The position numbers and the translations under genes were made by a program. Below the pieces are notes generated by a model. The model did no database searches. It worked only from the letters and a program-made list of their open reading frames with translations, and had not been told where the DNA came from. From Euglena gracilis (Eukaryota): DNA of 64,000 nt. The stretch lies in NCBI GenBank assembly GCA_039621445.1, contig CP154954.1:44557847-44621846 (forward strand), given 5' to 3'. Positions 25,401 through 47,515 of this stretch are shown here, piece by piece. Position 1 is the stretch's first letter, and the number at the start of each line of letters is the position of its first letter.

Positions 25401-26520
25401 TCCCCCCACAGGGTCCCAGCAGTCCAAAAACCGCCATTTAATTTGGGTTGACTGACCGAGGGGAGTCCTCCAACTGGGCTGTCACTGACCAGCAGTGGCT
25501 GGATTTAAAGCTATTGAGGCCCCTGCCCTGGAAAATGGAAATGGGGTGAGGTCCACTTTCTCAACCGCAAATTCATGCAGCGTATGTGTTTGCTTTTTAC
25601 TAAGTGTGGGTCACTGTGGGGGTATGTGCGGGGGGTGGAAGGAGAGGTTTCTAGTGGTTTGATTTCATTTTCTTATATGCAAGTTGATGTCCTCGTTTAG
25701 GGTAAGGGATTAGGGTAAGGTGATGTCACAAAGATAAGGCCACAAAGGGTCCTAAACTTTGCCGAATTTTGGCATAATTTGGGCCTAGTTTCAGCTCAAA
25801 CGTGGACCTACTGGCCTAACCCCAAACCCGAAACCTATCCCTTTCAAATAGTCACCAACTAACCTTATACCACGAGCAGATGCAGTGCTCCATTTTCGTC
25901 TGGGTTTTTTGTTGAGGGAGAGTGGAAACATGGGTAAACCTGGCTTCAGGCACTTGCTGCACGCAGGGGCTTGTCTGACTTTTTTTTTGTTTTGAGAATT
26001 GGCAAATTTTTGTTGAAACACACATATTTATTGAATTGGAGAAATTCTGAACATCCCCCCCCCCCCGGTGTGCTGCCACAAATCTGGGGAAATTAGTGGT
26101 CGGATTTTTGGAATACTGGAGTTAGAAAACGTCGATGCTTCCCCATCTGCCACCGACCCCCTTTCAAACTGTCTGTCCTCTCCGGACTGGCCAACCCGCC
26201 CTCACGGGGATCGGGCGCTCCCCCTCCGCACCCGCCGATTCCGTCCGTATCCCAGGTCGGGGGTTGCCCGGCGCCGCCCTGCCCCGCCGACCTCCCCCTC
26301 CGCCCCGGCGCCGTCCTCGCCGCGACGGTACCCCGCCCCGTGCCCCCCGCCGCGGCCGACGCCTTCGACGCGGCCGCCGGCACCGCCCAGACCACCCTGG
26401 CCGCGGCGCAGGGACCACCAGTGGGGGCGGGGGCGGTGGGGGCGGGGGCGGCGGCGGCGCTCGTCCTGCTGGCGATGGGCTTCGTCGGGGTGGGGCGGCG
26501 GCCGACCCGCCCGGCATCAG
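7339..26520 (+). CDS. Papain-family (C1A) cysteine protease gene 1, multi-exon, 5' exons not found. Core exons 7339-7431, 12282-12416, 12994-13096, 13363-13539, 14561-14595, 14919-14988, 17224-~17356; distal stalk/TM exons tentative
   Basis: Spliced translation: [95 protein letters not shown](R)[58 protein letters not shown](G)[34 protein letters not shown](W)[29 protein letters not shown]. Gln 12303, Cys 12321, His 14922 and Asn 14982 are all present. Confidence 0.85.
7627..8020. mobile_element. MITE family A, 8-bp TSD (hAT-like)
   Basis: TIR CAGGGTTCGATAT/ATATCGAACCCTG; TSD CCCGGCGT. Confidence 0.93.
9047..9245 (-). repeat. Dispersed repeat family E, two tandem units; + strand copy at ~39815-39906
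   Basis: CCAAAGTGAGCCACAAAAACGACTTAGCCCCCGA shared. Confidence 0.8.
9912..10098 (-). mobile_element. MITE family C left half, inverted
   Basis: Reverse complement of the left half of 57693-58106; flank GTGCAAAC. Confidence 0.85.
11046..11268 (+). mobile_element. MITE family C right half
   Basis: Matches the right half of 57693-58106; flank GTTTGCAC. Confidence 0.85.
12282..12416 (+). CDS. C1A gene 1 exon with catalytic Cys ([10 protein letters not shown])
   Basis: [18 protein letters not shown]...[10 protein letters not shown]. Confidence 0.95.
12417..12993 (+). other. Nonconventional intron, tentative boundaries
   Basis: gccCGGAA...TTCTGacacg; only 5 bp with a G-U pair, but an in-frame TGC|TAC join. 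Confidence 0.5.
12994..13096 (+). CDS. C1A gene 1 exon (GCGGG...DYPY)
   Basis: WGCGGG and ExDYPY papain motifs; 5' boundary less certain. Confidence 0.85.
13097..13362 (+). other. Nonconventional intron, 266 nt
   Basis: GGGGTGGACTGGG pairs imperfectly with CCCAACCGACCCC; Y|R ends; gives PYVSRD, matching gene 2 PYAGRD. Confidence 0.65.
13363..13539 (+). CDS. C1A gene 1 exon ([15 protein letters not shown]...FQAY)
   Basis: GPV and FQxY motifs; aligns to gene 2 exon 34792-34904. Confidence 0.9.
13540..14560 (+). other. Nonconventional intron, 1021 nt; position shared with gene 2
   Basis: ggcCAGGGAACG...CGTCCCTGcatcc|GA; join ACC G|GA GGT. Confidence 0.85.
13600..13845. mobile_element. Fold-back element with GTACGTACC repeats
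   Basis: TCTGGGG..GTACGTACCTGG / CCAGGTACGTACCC..CAGA inverted ends. Confidence 0.65.
14561..14595 (+). CDS. C1A gene 1 35-nt exon ([12 protein letters not shown])
   Basis: Restores the Y-x-GGIF motif; flanked by two paired introns; same length as gene 2 exon 35875-35909. Confidence 0.85.
14596..14918 (+). other. Nonconventional intron, 323 nt; position shared with gene 2
   Basis: C|gctTGGCGTCGT...ACGACGCCGccggc|AAC; +4/-6 register. Confidence 0.85.
14919..14988 (+). CDS. C1A gene 1 exon with catalytic His and Asn
   Basis: [10 protein letters not shown]...YWLLRNS. Confidence 0.93.
15261..16459. mobile_element. Family D-related element, opposite orientation, with nested MITE A
   Basis: Right TIR GGTCGTTGGACAAGGG..AGG-TA; degenerate left TIR. 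Confidence 0.7.
15435..15834. mobile_element. MITE family A nested in a family D element
   Basis: Same TIRs; TSD GGGTGCTT. Confidence 0.93.
17224..17356 (+). CDS. C1A gene 1 exon: end of protease domain
   Basis: (W)[29 protein letters not shown]; 3' end approximate. Confidence 0.9.
17990..18075 (+). CDS. Probable gene 1 Ser-rich stalk exon ([22 protein letters not shown])
   Basis: GC-rich coding-like island with TCC/AGC repeats; boundaries unresolved. Confidence 0.5.
18134..18450. mobile_element. MITE, 8-bp TSD; related pieces at ~43340-43465 and ~48820-49030
   Basis: TIR CAGGCTGTTTTTT/AAAAAACAGCCTG; TSD ACCGGGGG/ACTGGGGG. Confidence 0.8.
18498..21412. mobile_element. 2.9-kb TIR element with a related element nested inside (~18753-20822)
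   Basis: TIR CCTAGGCGGCCACCTAC.GCACAAA / TTTGTGCTGTAGGTGGCCGCCTAGG; six copies of the palindrome GACCGACGGTCCCGTCGGTC. Confidence 0.7.
22790..22890 (+). CDS. Possible gene 1 stalk exon, frame uncertain
   Basis: GC-rich island; one frame reads [19 protein letters not shown]. Confidence 0.3.
22979..23180 (+). repeat. ~107-bp tandem duplication
   Basis: TTTAAACAACCCCCAAATATAAGC...GCACTGTTGGGCA twice. Confidence 0.85.
25186..25265 (+). CDS. Possible gene 1 stalk exon ([21 protein letters not shown])
   Basis: Coding-like low-complexity Ser/Asp/Ala island. Confidence 0.35.
26340..26520 (+). CDS. Probable gene 1 transmembrane exon ([25 protein letters not shown])
   Basis: Hydrophobic segment followed by basic residues, analogous to the gene 2 C-terminus. 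Confidence 0.45.
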
Positions 26521-27429
26521 GGTCGTGGCTGCGAGAGGAGGAGGAGGGGAATGGCGCTGGCGTCCGGGTGTCCCCGGCGCATGGCGGGGGGGAATTGCTG
26601 GCGTGGCAGAAAACTGTGAATGTTGGTGTGCGGATGCTCTTGGCTCTGAGGCTCTTCCAGCCAGTCATGTCCTCTGACAGGTCAACCACCTCTGGGACCC
26701 CTATGTTTTCAGGAGGGGGGTTCAACAAAAAGCGACAGTGCATGCAGGAGCTCAGGCGGCACATCTCGCACTTAAGGGTTTTTTGGTCGACGTGCGCATT
26801 TTCGCAAATCGACCATTTTTTTTTGATTTTGGCACCGGCGTTGCAAGGGGTGAGAGCGCGAGGCGACAGGTGGACGACAAATCCGGCAGAATTTTCATTT
26901 TTGGCCCCGGCGGTCCCGCGAATTGCGTGTTTTTGGCTGCTTTTTGGTGGTCGGCATGGCACGAAAACCCCCGGACCTACCCCCCCCCAAAGTTGGAAAA
27001 GCAGCGACCAAAACACCAAAACCCCGGTACCGCCTCCCCCCTTTTTGTGCGATGCGGCTCTCCTCGCCGGCTGTTGGCAGCCGCGGCTGGCTCAGGGGGT
27101 TTTGGCGCACTTTTTTTTTTGTTTTTGCCGACCTTGGATTTGTGTTTTTGTACGTTTGCCGGAGCGCAGGGAAGGAGCATGGGGGTTTAGGGTGGGTCCA
27201 GTCACGCCGCCGGCCAAGAGCGCAGAAAGGAAGGCGTGCCTGGAGATTTTGTGAAGTCCCGTGCAGGGCGAAGGGAAAGTGGTTTGAAAGGGATGGAAGG
27301 GTCGCAAGTACCCACCGAACTTGCAGTGGGGATGTGTCCGGCCAAATTGCATCGCGATGAAACGGGAGAGGGGATCACACAAATGACACTGGAATGACGT
27401 GTTGCAGCCATGTTTTGAACAAATAAAGC

Positions 27430-28460
27430 GTGTTGATGTGCGCAATTTCGCACATCGACCATTGTACAGTTCCCCCGAAGAACGGCCATAAATACCCGAG
27501 AATTCACACTGCTGAAAGTGATATGACAAATACCGTGAGTATGGGAAAGAAGATGAGGTCGGTTTGCGCAAATGTGCACATCAACTGTTAAGGATGAAGA
27601 GCACTCCATGATACGGAGGTCAAACAAAGGTACCTTTACAAGCCACTGTTCTTTGGCACACATTGCAAACGGTACCCATTCAAAATCCTTGGACAAACTT
27701 TACTTTTAGAGCCAAGAAAATTCAGGTCTTGTGTTTCATGTGGTAGGAAATAATATGTGGAGTATATTTCACAAATTTTCACGTGGTCAGTTTGCGCAAA
27801 TGCGCACATCAACCATTCTCATATTTTCGCACACCGACGACATGTGTATTTTGTGTATATGGTTGGTGTGCATTTGCGCAAATCGACATTTTTCGCAAAA
27901 TTCTTGTGCGCCAACTGCGCCTTGTGAAACAGAAATATATGAGGTTCACACCTCACAATACAGGTTAGGAAACACAAAGGTCTCAAGCCATCATCCTAAC
28001 GAGCTGTGTGAAACATCTGGAACGGCAGATTGGTGTTGTTGTGTGTGAAACAGGTGGGTTGTACACCCTGGCTGTTGTGACGATGGGTTTTGGTGTGTCT
28101 CTGCTGCCTGTAATGACTGGGTGTTGCAAACCTGTTTGAAGGGGGCCGACTATCCATCATTTGGACAACGTGATGTGATGGTAAATTTGGCGACCATTGT
28201 GACATAAAAAACTTCAGAACTCTGCTGCTACCAGACGGATTGAAATGTGCGTCAAGCGATGGACCACTCATATGACACATAATTATGAAATGAGGGTCAA
28301 TGTGCGCAAATGCGCACACCAACCACATGTGAATTTTGTGTAAGTGGTTGGTGTGCAATTTGCGCACATCGACCACTTGTGTATTTGTTGATGGTCGATG
28401 TGCACTAATGCGCACATCAACCACACGCAAATAAATAAGTGATCGATGTGCGCAAATCTC
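27430..28460. repeat. Dispersed GTGCGCAAATGCGCACATC quasi-palindromic motif cluster
   Basis: About ten degenerate copies; region bracketed by ~45-bp direct repeats at ~26754 and ~28547. Confidence 0.6.
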
Positions 28461-28738
28461 ATTCTGCGATGGGAGGGGCCAGAGACCTGCGGCTGGCGCA
28501 GCCTTTCTGCCAACCCCATCCCCTTCAACCCTGTCACGCTCCTCTTAGGCGGCACATCTCGCTCTTAAGGGTTTTTTCTTTGTCGATGTGCGTGTGGGTG
28601 GCGGACTCCATCGGTGCCCTGAGGTTGTGTGCCCTGAGGTTGTGTGCCCACCGGACCGCCGAAGGCACCCGCAGGGGACTGCGGCGCCCGCTGTGAGCCC
28701 ACCGGCCCCCCCGACCAGGGCCGGCCTCCCCAGCCGTA

Positions 28739-29127
28739 CATCCCCCCCCCCCCTTGTCCTTGACACGCCTTGTCCATGACACACCCCCCGTGTCAACCGC
28801 ACTTTTCCCGTACCTAAAAAGAGTAATTATTTTTGACCCACTTCACGTCTCTGGAGCTAATTGGTTGCCATTTTCTGCACAGAACCATGGCTTTGAACTC
28901 ATCTTCTTTTGAGTTTGGTGATTTAGTGAGATATGAGCGCTCTAATGGAGTTATTGTTGATGCTATGGTGATTGGGCCCTCTAACCGAGGTCCAGATTAC
29001 CTGGCCATCATTTTGCTGCATGTTTTGTGGTACGGTTCCCATGACACGGCATGTCCATGACACACCCCCTGTGTCAACCGCATTTTCCCCGTACTTTGGC
29101 GTGTCAAGGACAAGGGGGGGGGGAATG
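28739..29127. mobile_element. TA-flanked MITE
   Basis: TIR CATCCC..TTGTCCTTGACACGCC / GGCGTGTCAAGGACAAGGG..ATG. Confidence 0.8.
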
Positions 29128-30473
29128 TACCCTTTGGCAACGCTCCAAACCAGGATGCACTTCACAGTTGGCAGAATGCGGCGCAAGGCGGAGGAAGCAG
29201 GAGCCTGGCCATTCCACATTGGGGGGGGGGGGTGGCCACTGACCACTGAGCTCTTGCCCCCCAACAATTTACTGCATCCAGCACAGCAGAACTCACCACA
29301 GCCCACCTCCAGTCAGGACGGGGGGAGGTGTGCAGGCCCAGGCCGCCCTGCCCGCAGCCAGTGAGCCGCGCACACACGCACACACGCGCGCGCGCACGAC
29401 CCCGGTGGGCCGCACCGCCCGCCGCACCACGCTGCGCCTTCCTGCCTGGCGGTCGCTGGTGGCGGTGCCCTCGAAGGCACAGGGTCATGTCCTTGCTTGG
29501 GGATGCCCCCCCCCCCCAGGGTGACTGACTAGTTTTTGGCTCCGGATCACGAACGTGGCACACCAGAAGCATTTCCAAAACCATCACCAGAGTTTTCTGA
29601 ATTTGGGCCGTTTTTGCTCGAGGGCCAGGGTGATCGGTTGGCGCTCCGAAAGTGATGGATTCGTTTGTGACCTCCTTGCCCTCCGCCGCTGGGGTAACTG
29701 GATGGCGAGCAGTCGGCCGGCTGACTCAACGCTCCGTTCCCTCAACTGCGGAAGGATTCTGACATCAAGGAAGGACCTTCGTTGGAGATTTCAGGACAGG
29801 GATAGGCCGAGTTGTGATCCTCACCCTTGCCTTGCATCTTGACCGGATTTCCCCGTCCCTCACCCCAGGCAGGCCCCGAAGCAATCAGGGGAGGGGGCTG
29901 CATGGCCGTCGCCTCCGCCTGTCCCCCCGCCGCGGTCCCATCCACATCCCCATCCGCCGTCCCGCGGGTATTTGCATTCGGCCCGCGGCGACCCCCTGCC
30001 GACCTATGCCCCGCCCCGCCCCGCCCACCCCTGCGGTGGTCCGGGGCCGGGGCAGGCCCGCATCGCCCAACACTTCCTCCCCCCCCCCACCGCCTGCCCA
30101 CTCGGATCCTCCTGGTTGCCGCAAGCAACTGCTCCCCTGGAGCCTGCCTTTGGGGGCCGGGCGGAAGCATGAGCGCTGTGCCGAAGGCCCTTGTGCACCG
30201 CTGAGGGGAATTCGGAACGGGGACTCGGCCGGGGTTGGGGGGCACCTTCCTGGCCAGAGGTCCTGTGACTGGGATTTCACTTTCAGAAGCCCCATAACCA
30301 CAGAAGAGGCCAAATTGTGGCACAAGTGGAAATTGGGGGAAATCGAAGATGGTGCAATTGCCCGAGATGTGAATGCATGGGTCAGGGCAGGGAAGATTGC
30401 TACCGAAGGAGCCGAAAGGTCGCATTGGCACCAGGCTTCTTTTTTTAAGTCAGGAGACCATCCCTGGGGGGGG

Positions 30474-30673
30474 CAGGGTTCGATATAAGGAGGGCGTACA
30501 TGGTTTAGATGGGGGGTGTCCCCCCCCCCCTCCTGGCCCACAGGGGGGTCCGGACCACCCCCCCCCCCCACCTGCAAGGGGGGTCCGGACCGACCCTGGG
30601 GGTGTCCCCCCCACCCCCCCCCTCCTGGCCCGCAGGGGGGTCCGGACCCCCCCCCCCCCTATATCGAACCCTG
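30474..30673. mobile_element. MITE family A, short copy
   Basis: Same TIRs; flanked by G8 on both sides. Confidence 0.85.
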
Positions 30674-31059
30674 GGGGGGGGGGGGTCAGGGCCGGACCTC
30701 CCCCCCGGGTTTCAATGCGAAGCGGCGATAATTTTTTGTGAATGCCCTCAGACGGTCCCCCAGGGAGTCCTGTGCCTTGCTGGGTGGGTGGGGGGAACCC
30801 CCCATGGGGGTCTTGCCTGCGGCCTGTGTGTCTTGGCTTGGAAAGTCAAGCAAAAAATAGTATGCCTTGACCTACCCATCTCCCTTTTTTCTGATCCCGT
30901 CAACCCCTCCCCCTCCCCCGCCCCCAGACGCAACAAAGCATAATGACGCAAAAAAAAAGGTCTTTTAATGCTTGAAATGCTTCAGCGCCAGGGGTTTGCA
31001 GTGCATGGCCACGCTTCCATGCCCCCCCCCCCCCAGCCCTCCGCCGGCTCCTCCCTCCT

Positions 31060-31090
31060 CGTTGGCCGCAGCCTCGCCTGTCTCTGCCAG
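31060..31090 (+). promoter_or_regulatory. Putative spliced-leader trans-splice acceptor for gene 2
   Basis: Pyrimidine-rich tract ending CTCTGCCAG, 16 nt before ATG 31107. SL trans-splicing is standard in Euglenozoa; assignment is inference. Confidence 0.45.
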
Positions 31091-31106
31091 GCACCCCCCA
31101 CCCCAA

Positions 31107-44106
<13,000 letters not shown>

Positions 44107-45267
44107 CCCGCCGCACTGTCCCCCCCCCCCCGCCAAGGGAATGGCTGGAGGTCCCCCAAACCCTGCCACTGTGGCAAGCCCCGCCCCCCCCTTTCACCCA
44201 CCAGCCCCGTCACTCTCCCCTCCCCCCACACCGAACACCCTTTGCTCGAGACGGGTTTCCACAATTCCTCAGGCTGGCTGATTTGCCTTCTCATGGTTTT
44301 GCACTGCGCTTTTATTGGGGACGGACCAATTATGCCTCAAAAGAGGATTTTTTTTGCTCAAATATCCAAATTATTGTTTTTTTTTTGTCATTTTCACATC
44401 AAATTTGCCAGTATTTTCGAGTGTTTTTGGACCTGAGAAGGGGGGCATTTTGGGGGTTTCTTTGGCTTTTTTGAAGGGGGGGGCATTTATCAAAGCCTTT
44501 GTTTTGGCTGCTGGGGGTATGCATTGGTCAGGGTATTTCACACAATTAGGACGCTGCATTTTGGGGGGGGGGTCACTGGCACAAGCTAAGCAAGCAACCA
44601 AAATGGCCTGGGAAGGTGATAACCTCATGGGGTGGCAATTTCCTGCGGAGGGTGGCAATTACCGGCGGAGGTGTGAAATCGAACTAGGAACATCTGAAAT
44701 CGGCTTTGTTGCAGGTGGATAACTGGGGTTCGTTGTAGGGGACATGTCTCTGCACACGTTGCAAACGCAGCCACAATCAGCAACATGCGTGTTCGAAAAG
44801 CGTAGGTCCGTGAAGGAGATGTGATGCGATTTCCCCCTTATCATTGCCAAATCTCCACATCGCCGTCAACCAAACGTCGCGCCTGCAATTTATGCCTACT
44901 ACATTGGCGGAGAGTTCGAGTGTTCATGCCTCTTCCCCAGAAGGTGTCATTTCGATGACGATTCTTTGTGAATGAGTACCAATTCTCCTTCGCGGTCAGC
45001 ATGGAGGCCGGCCATCCCCTGACTTCCCCCTTGCACTGTGACGACTGGCGTTGCCTGGCGCACTGCACTGCCTTGAATTGGGGCCCTTTTCCCTCGCCCC
45101 ACTGTGGATTGCACCGTACCAGCCTGCTCGTCGGGCTTGTTGTTTGGTGTCAAATGGTGTATGGGGATCAAATTCACCTCACAGGATGCAGTTTTCTCCC
45201 TCGCCCTCTCCCATCTTATTTCAACAAAGAGAATCATTTGATTTGTCTAGAAAGATTCTCGGGGGCT

Positions 45268-45347
45268 GTGTATATGTATGTATGTATGTGTGTATGTGTG
45301 TATATGTATGTATGTATGTGTGTATGTATGTATGTATGTATGTATGT
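45268..45347. repeat. (TATG)n microsatellite
   Basis: Direct reading. Confidence 0.9.
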
Positions 45348-46727
45348 CGGGAGGGTGGAGTGAGTGGGTGTCCGGTGCTGGACCCCCCCTGGGTTGGTTT
45401 CCGTGGCGGTCCCGGGCCAGAGGCCCGGTTATGGGTTTCAGTGTGAAGCATTGAATTTTTTTTGAAAATACCCTCAGACGGCTCGATTTTCGTGGTCCGT
45501 GCCCCCCAAGGGTCTCTCACTGGCTTTGTTGGGGAGGGAACCTTTTTAAAAAGAAGCCTGAATGGAATGGAATGGATGAATGGATGGATATGCGTGTGTT
45601 TTTCATACAAGTATGTATGCACACATACATGTGAATATATGCATATATGCCATAAGTCTCCTTGAGTTGCTCCCCTCCGGTGAGGGGGGGTAGCTGCAGG
45701 AGACCCATGACATGGGGAGACACACGGTGAATGATGGTCTTCCCTTCATATGCATGTATGTATGCGTGCATGTGTGTGGAGATATAAATGTTGTTCCTGT
45801 CGTCTTTTTTTTGTCATGACCCCCTCCTCCATCTCTCCAATGTCATTTGTGCTCAGCCCTGGTTGGGACCCATACGCCATTGTGGTGTCCCTCCCGTCCA
45901 CGTCTTGTTGTCACCCGGGTTGCACTGCCCTAGGCTTGTGCACGCTGCCCCTTGGGCAGCCCCCCCCCCTGTCAGCTCTCAGTTGACGGATTAGCCGCCG
46001 ACCTCCCCGCCTGCCGGGGGGACGGTGTGTTCTCCCTCAGCCCCTCTGTTTCCTTTCCCTTTCCCTTGGGGGTGAGGAGGCACAAGGGCCACACCCTTCA
46101 GATTTGTCTCTGGCCCCTCGGGATTGCCTCACGCCTTTGTACTTGTTGATTTGCCCCGACACAGGTGCTCGGATGGGGTGCATCGCACCGTGTTTTTTGT
46201 ATTTGCCTGTTTTCTGGGGGGGTTGTCAATTTTTCCTGTAATTTTGGAATGTAATTTTGTATTTTTACTCAGGTTTTTTTCCAGGAAAATGTTTCCAGAT
46301 CAATTCAAGTGCCGCCGGGGCACTGTTACCAACCTGGCCCCATCGGGAGTCGCCCTGCCCCAGTGTCCTCACCAACTTGGCCAAAGCCCACTTCGCACAA
46401 TGGCGCCCGGCCGCGGTGTTGCCCGCCCTGCAGTGTGTGCCACGCTGTGGTTGCCCCCCCCTCCGGGCCACGCCTTGGCCTCGGGTGGCTGTCCACCACC
46501 AAATGGTATGCTCGGAACTCCGCCCAAGGGGGACGGCCAGAAGTGACCGATTCCATTCCCCTCACGGCAAACGTTTCCCCGGGTTCAGTGCCCAGGGTGT
46601 TCACATCACAGGCCACCTCGCGGTGAAATCGTTTCGCGAAGCCCAACCCCTTCCGGCCAGTCCCTCCCCACCCCTTCAGGCGGCCGAAGCGGCGGGAAAC
46701 GCGCTGAGCAGAACTCTACAGCATGGG

Positions 46728-46854
46728 CAGGGTTTGATATAAGGAGGGCGTACATGGTTTAGTTGGGGGGGGGGTCCCCCCCCCCACCCCCCCCTCCTGG
46801 CCCGCAGGGGGGGGTCCGGACCACCCCCCCCACCTGTCCTTATATCGAACCCTG
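46728..46854. mobile_element. MITE family A, 127-bp minimal copy
   Basis: Near-perfect TIRs; TSD AGCATGGG. Confidence 0.92.
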
Positions 46855-47483
46855 AGCATGGGCCGAGGGGTTTGGCGGTGGCATTTGGGGTCCGCCCCAC
46901 ACGGTGGGAGAGGACTTTCCACCAACCAGACATTCACATCTTGCAAACCAGTCCCCCACTTCCAACCCCCCCCTCCCCTGGGCCCAGTCTTTGGTCACCC
47001 GGGTTTAAATGAACAGATTTTTGGTTGTTGTTTTTTTGAGAGTATTCCGGCTCCAAGGGGTCTGTGGCTACAAACCAGTCAATTATTCAAAATCATACCA
47101 GTCAGTCACCCCTCAAGTTACCAATACTCAGCAATGGCATAGCCCTTCCCCAAGCCTCAACGTCCATTCCTCTATTCCTTTTTTGGACAAGCCCAAACCA
47201 AATCAGATACCTTTTGGACGGGGTCCAACTCTGAGGCTGGAAAATTTGGGCTGGCTGGAAATAGGCTGGTGGCTGACCCCCCCCCCCTTTCATAAGCTCC
47301 CCCAATGGAATTTGGTTTGACCCTGGGCCAAACGAGATGCAAAAAAAAGTGAAGCCCAGAAAGCTGCAATTTATGCCAAAAAACTGATTTCCCTAAATTC
47401 GGTGCCGTGTGATCAAACTGGTGAGCCTGTGCATGTGTGCATTGGTCCAGCACACCCACACATACACAACACAACACAGCCGG

Positions 47484-47510
47484 TTTCTCTCCGCAGGCTT
47501 TTCCCCGCAG
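47484..47510 (+). promoter_or_regulatory. Putative trans-splice acceptor(s) for gene 3
   Basis: GTTTCTCTCCGCAG and TTTTCCCCGCAG just before the ATG; the first motif is also present upstream of gene 4. Confidence 0.5.
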
Positions 47511-47515
47511 TTCCA

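Noticed and set aside
28650-28696. Possible last exon of gene 1 (AEGTRRGLRRPL*)
   Set aside because: No convincing paired in-frame junction to the 26340-26520 exon
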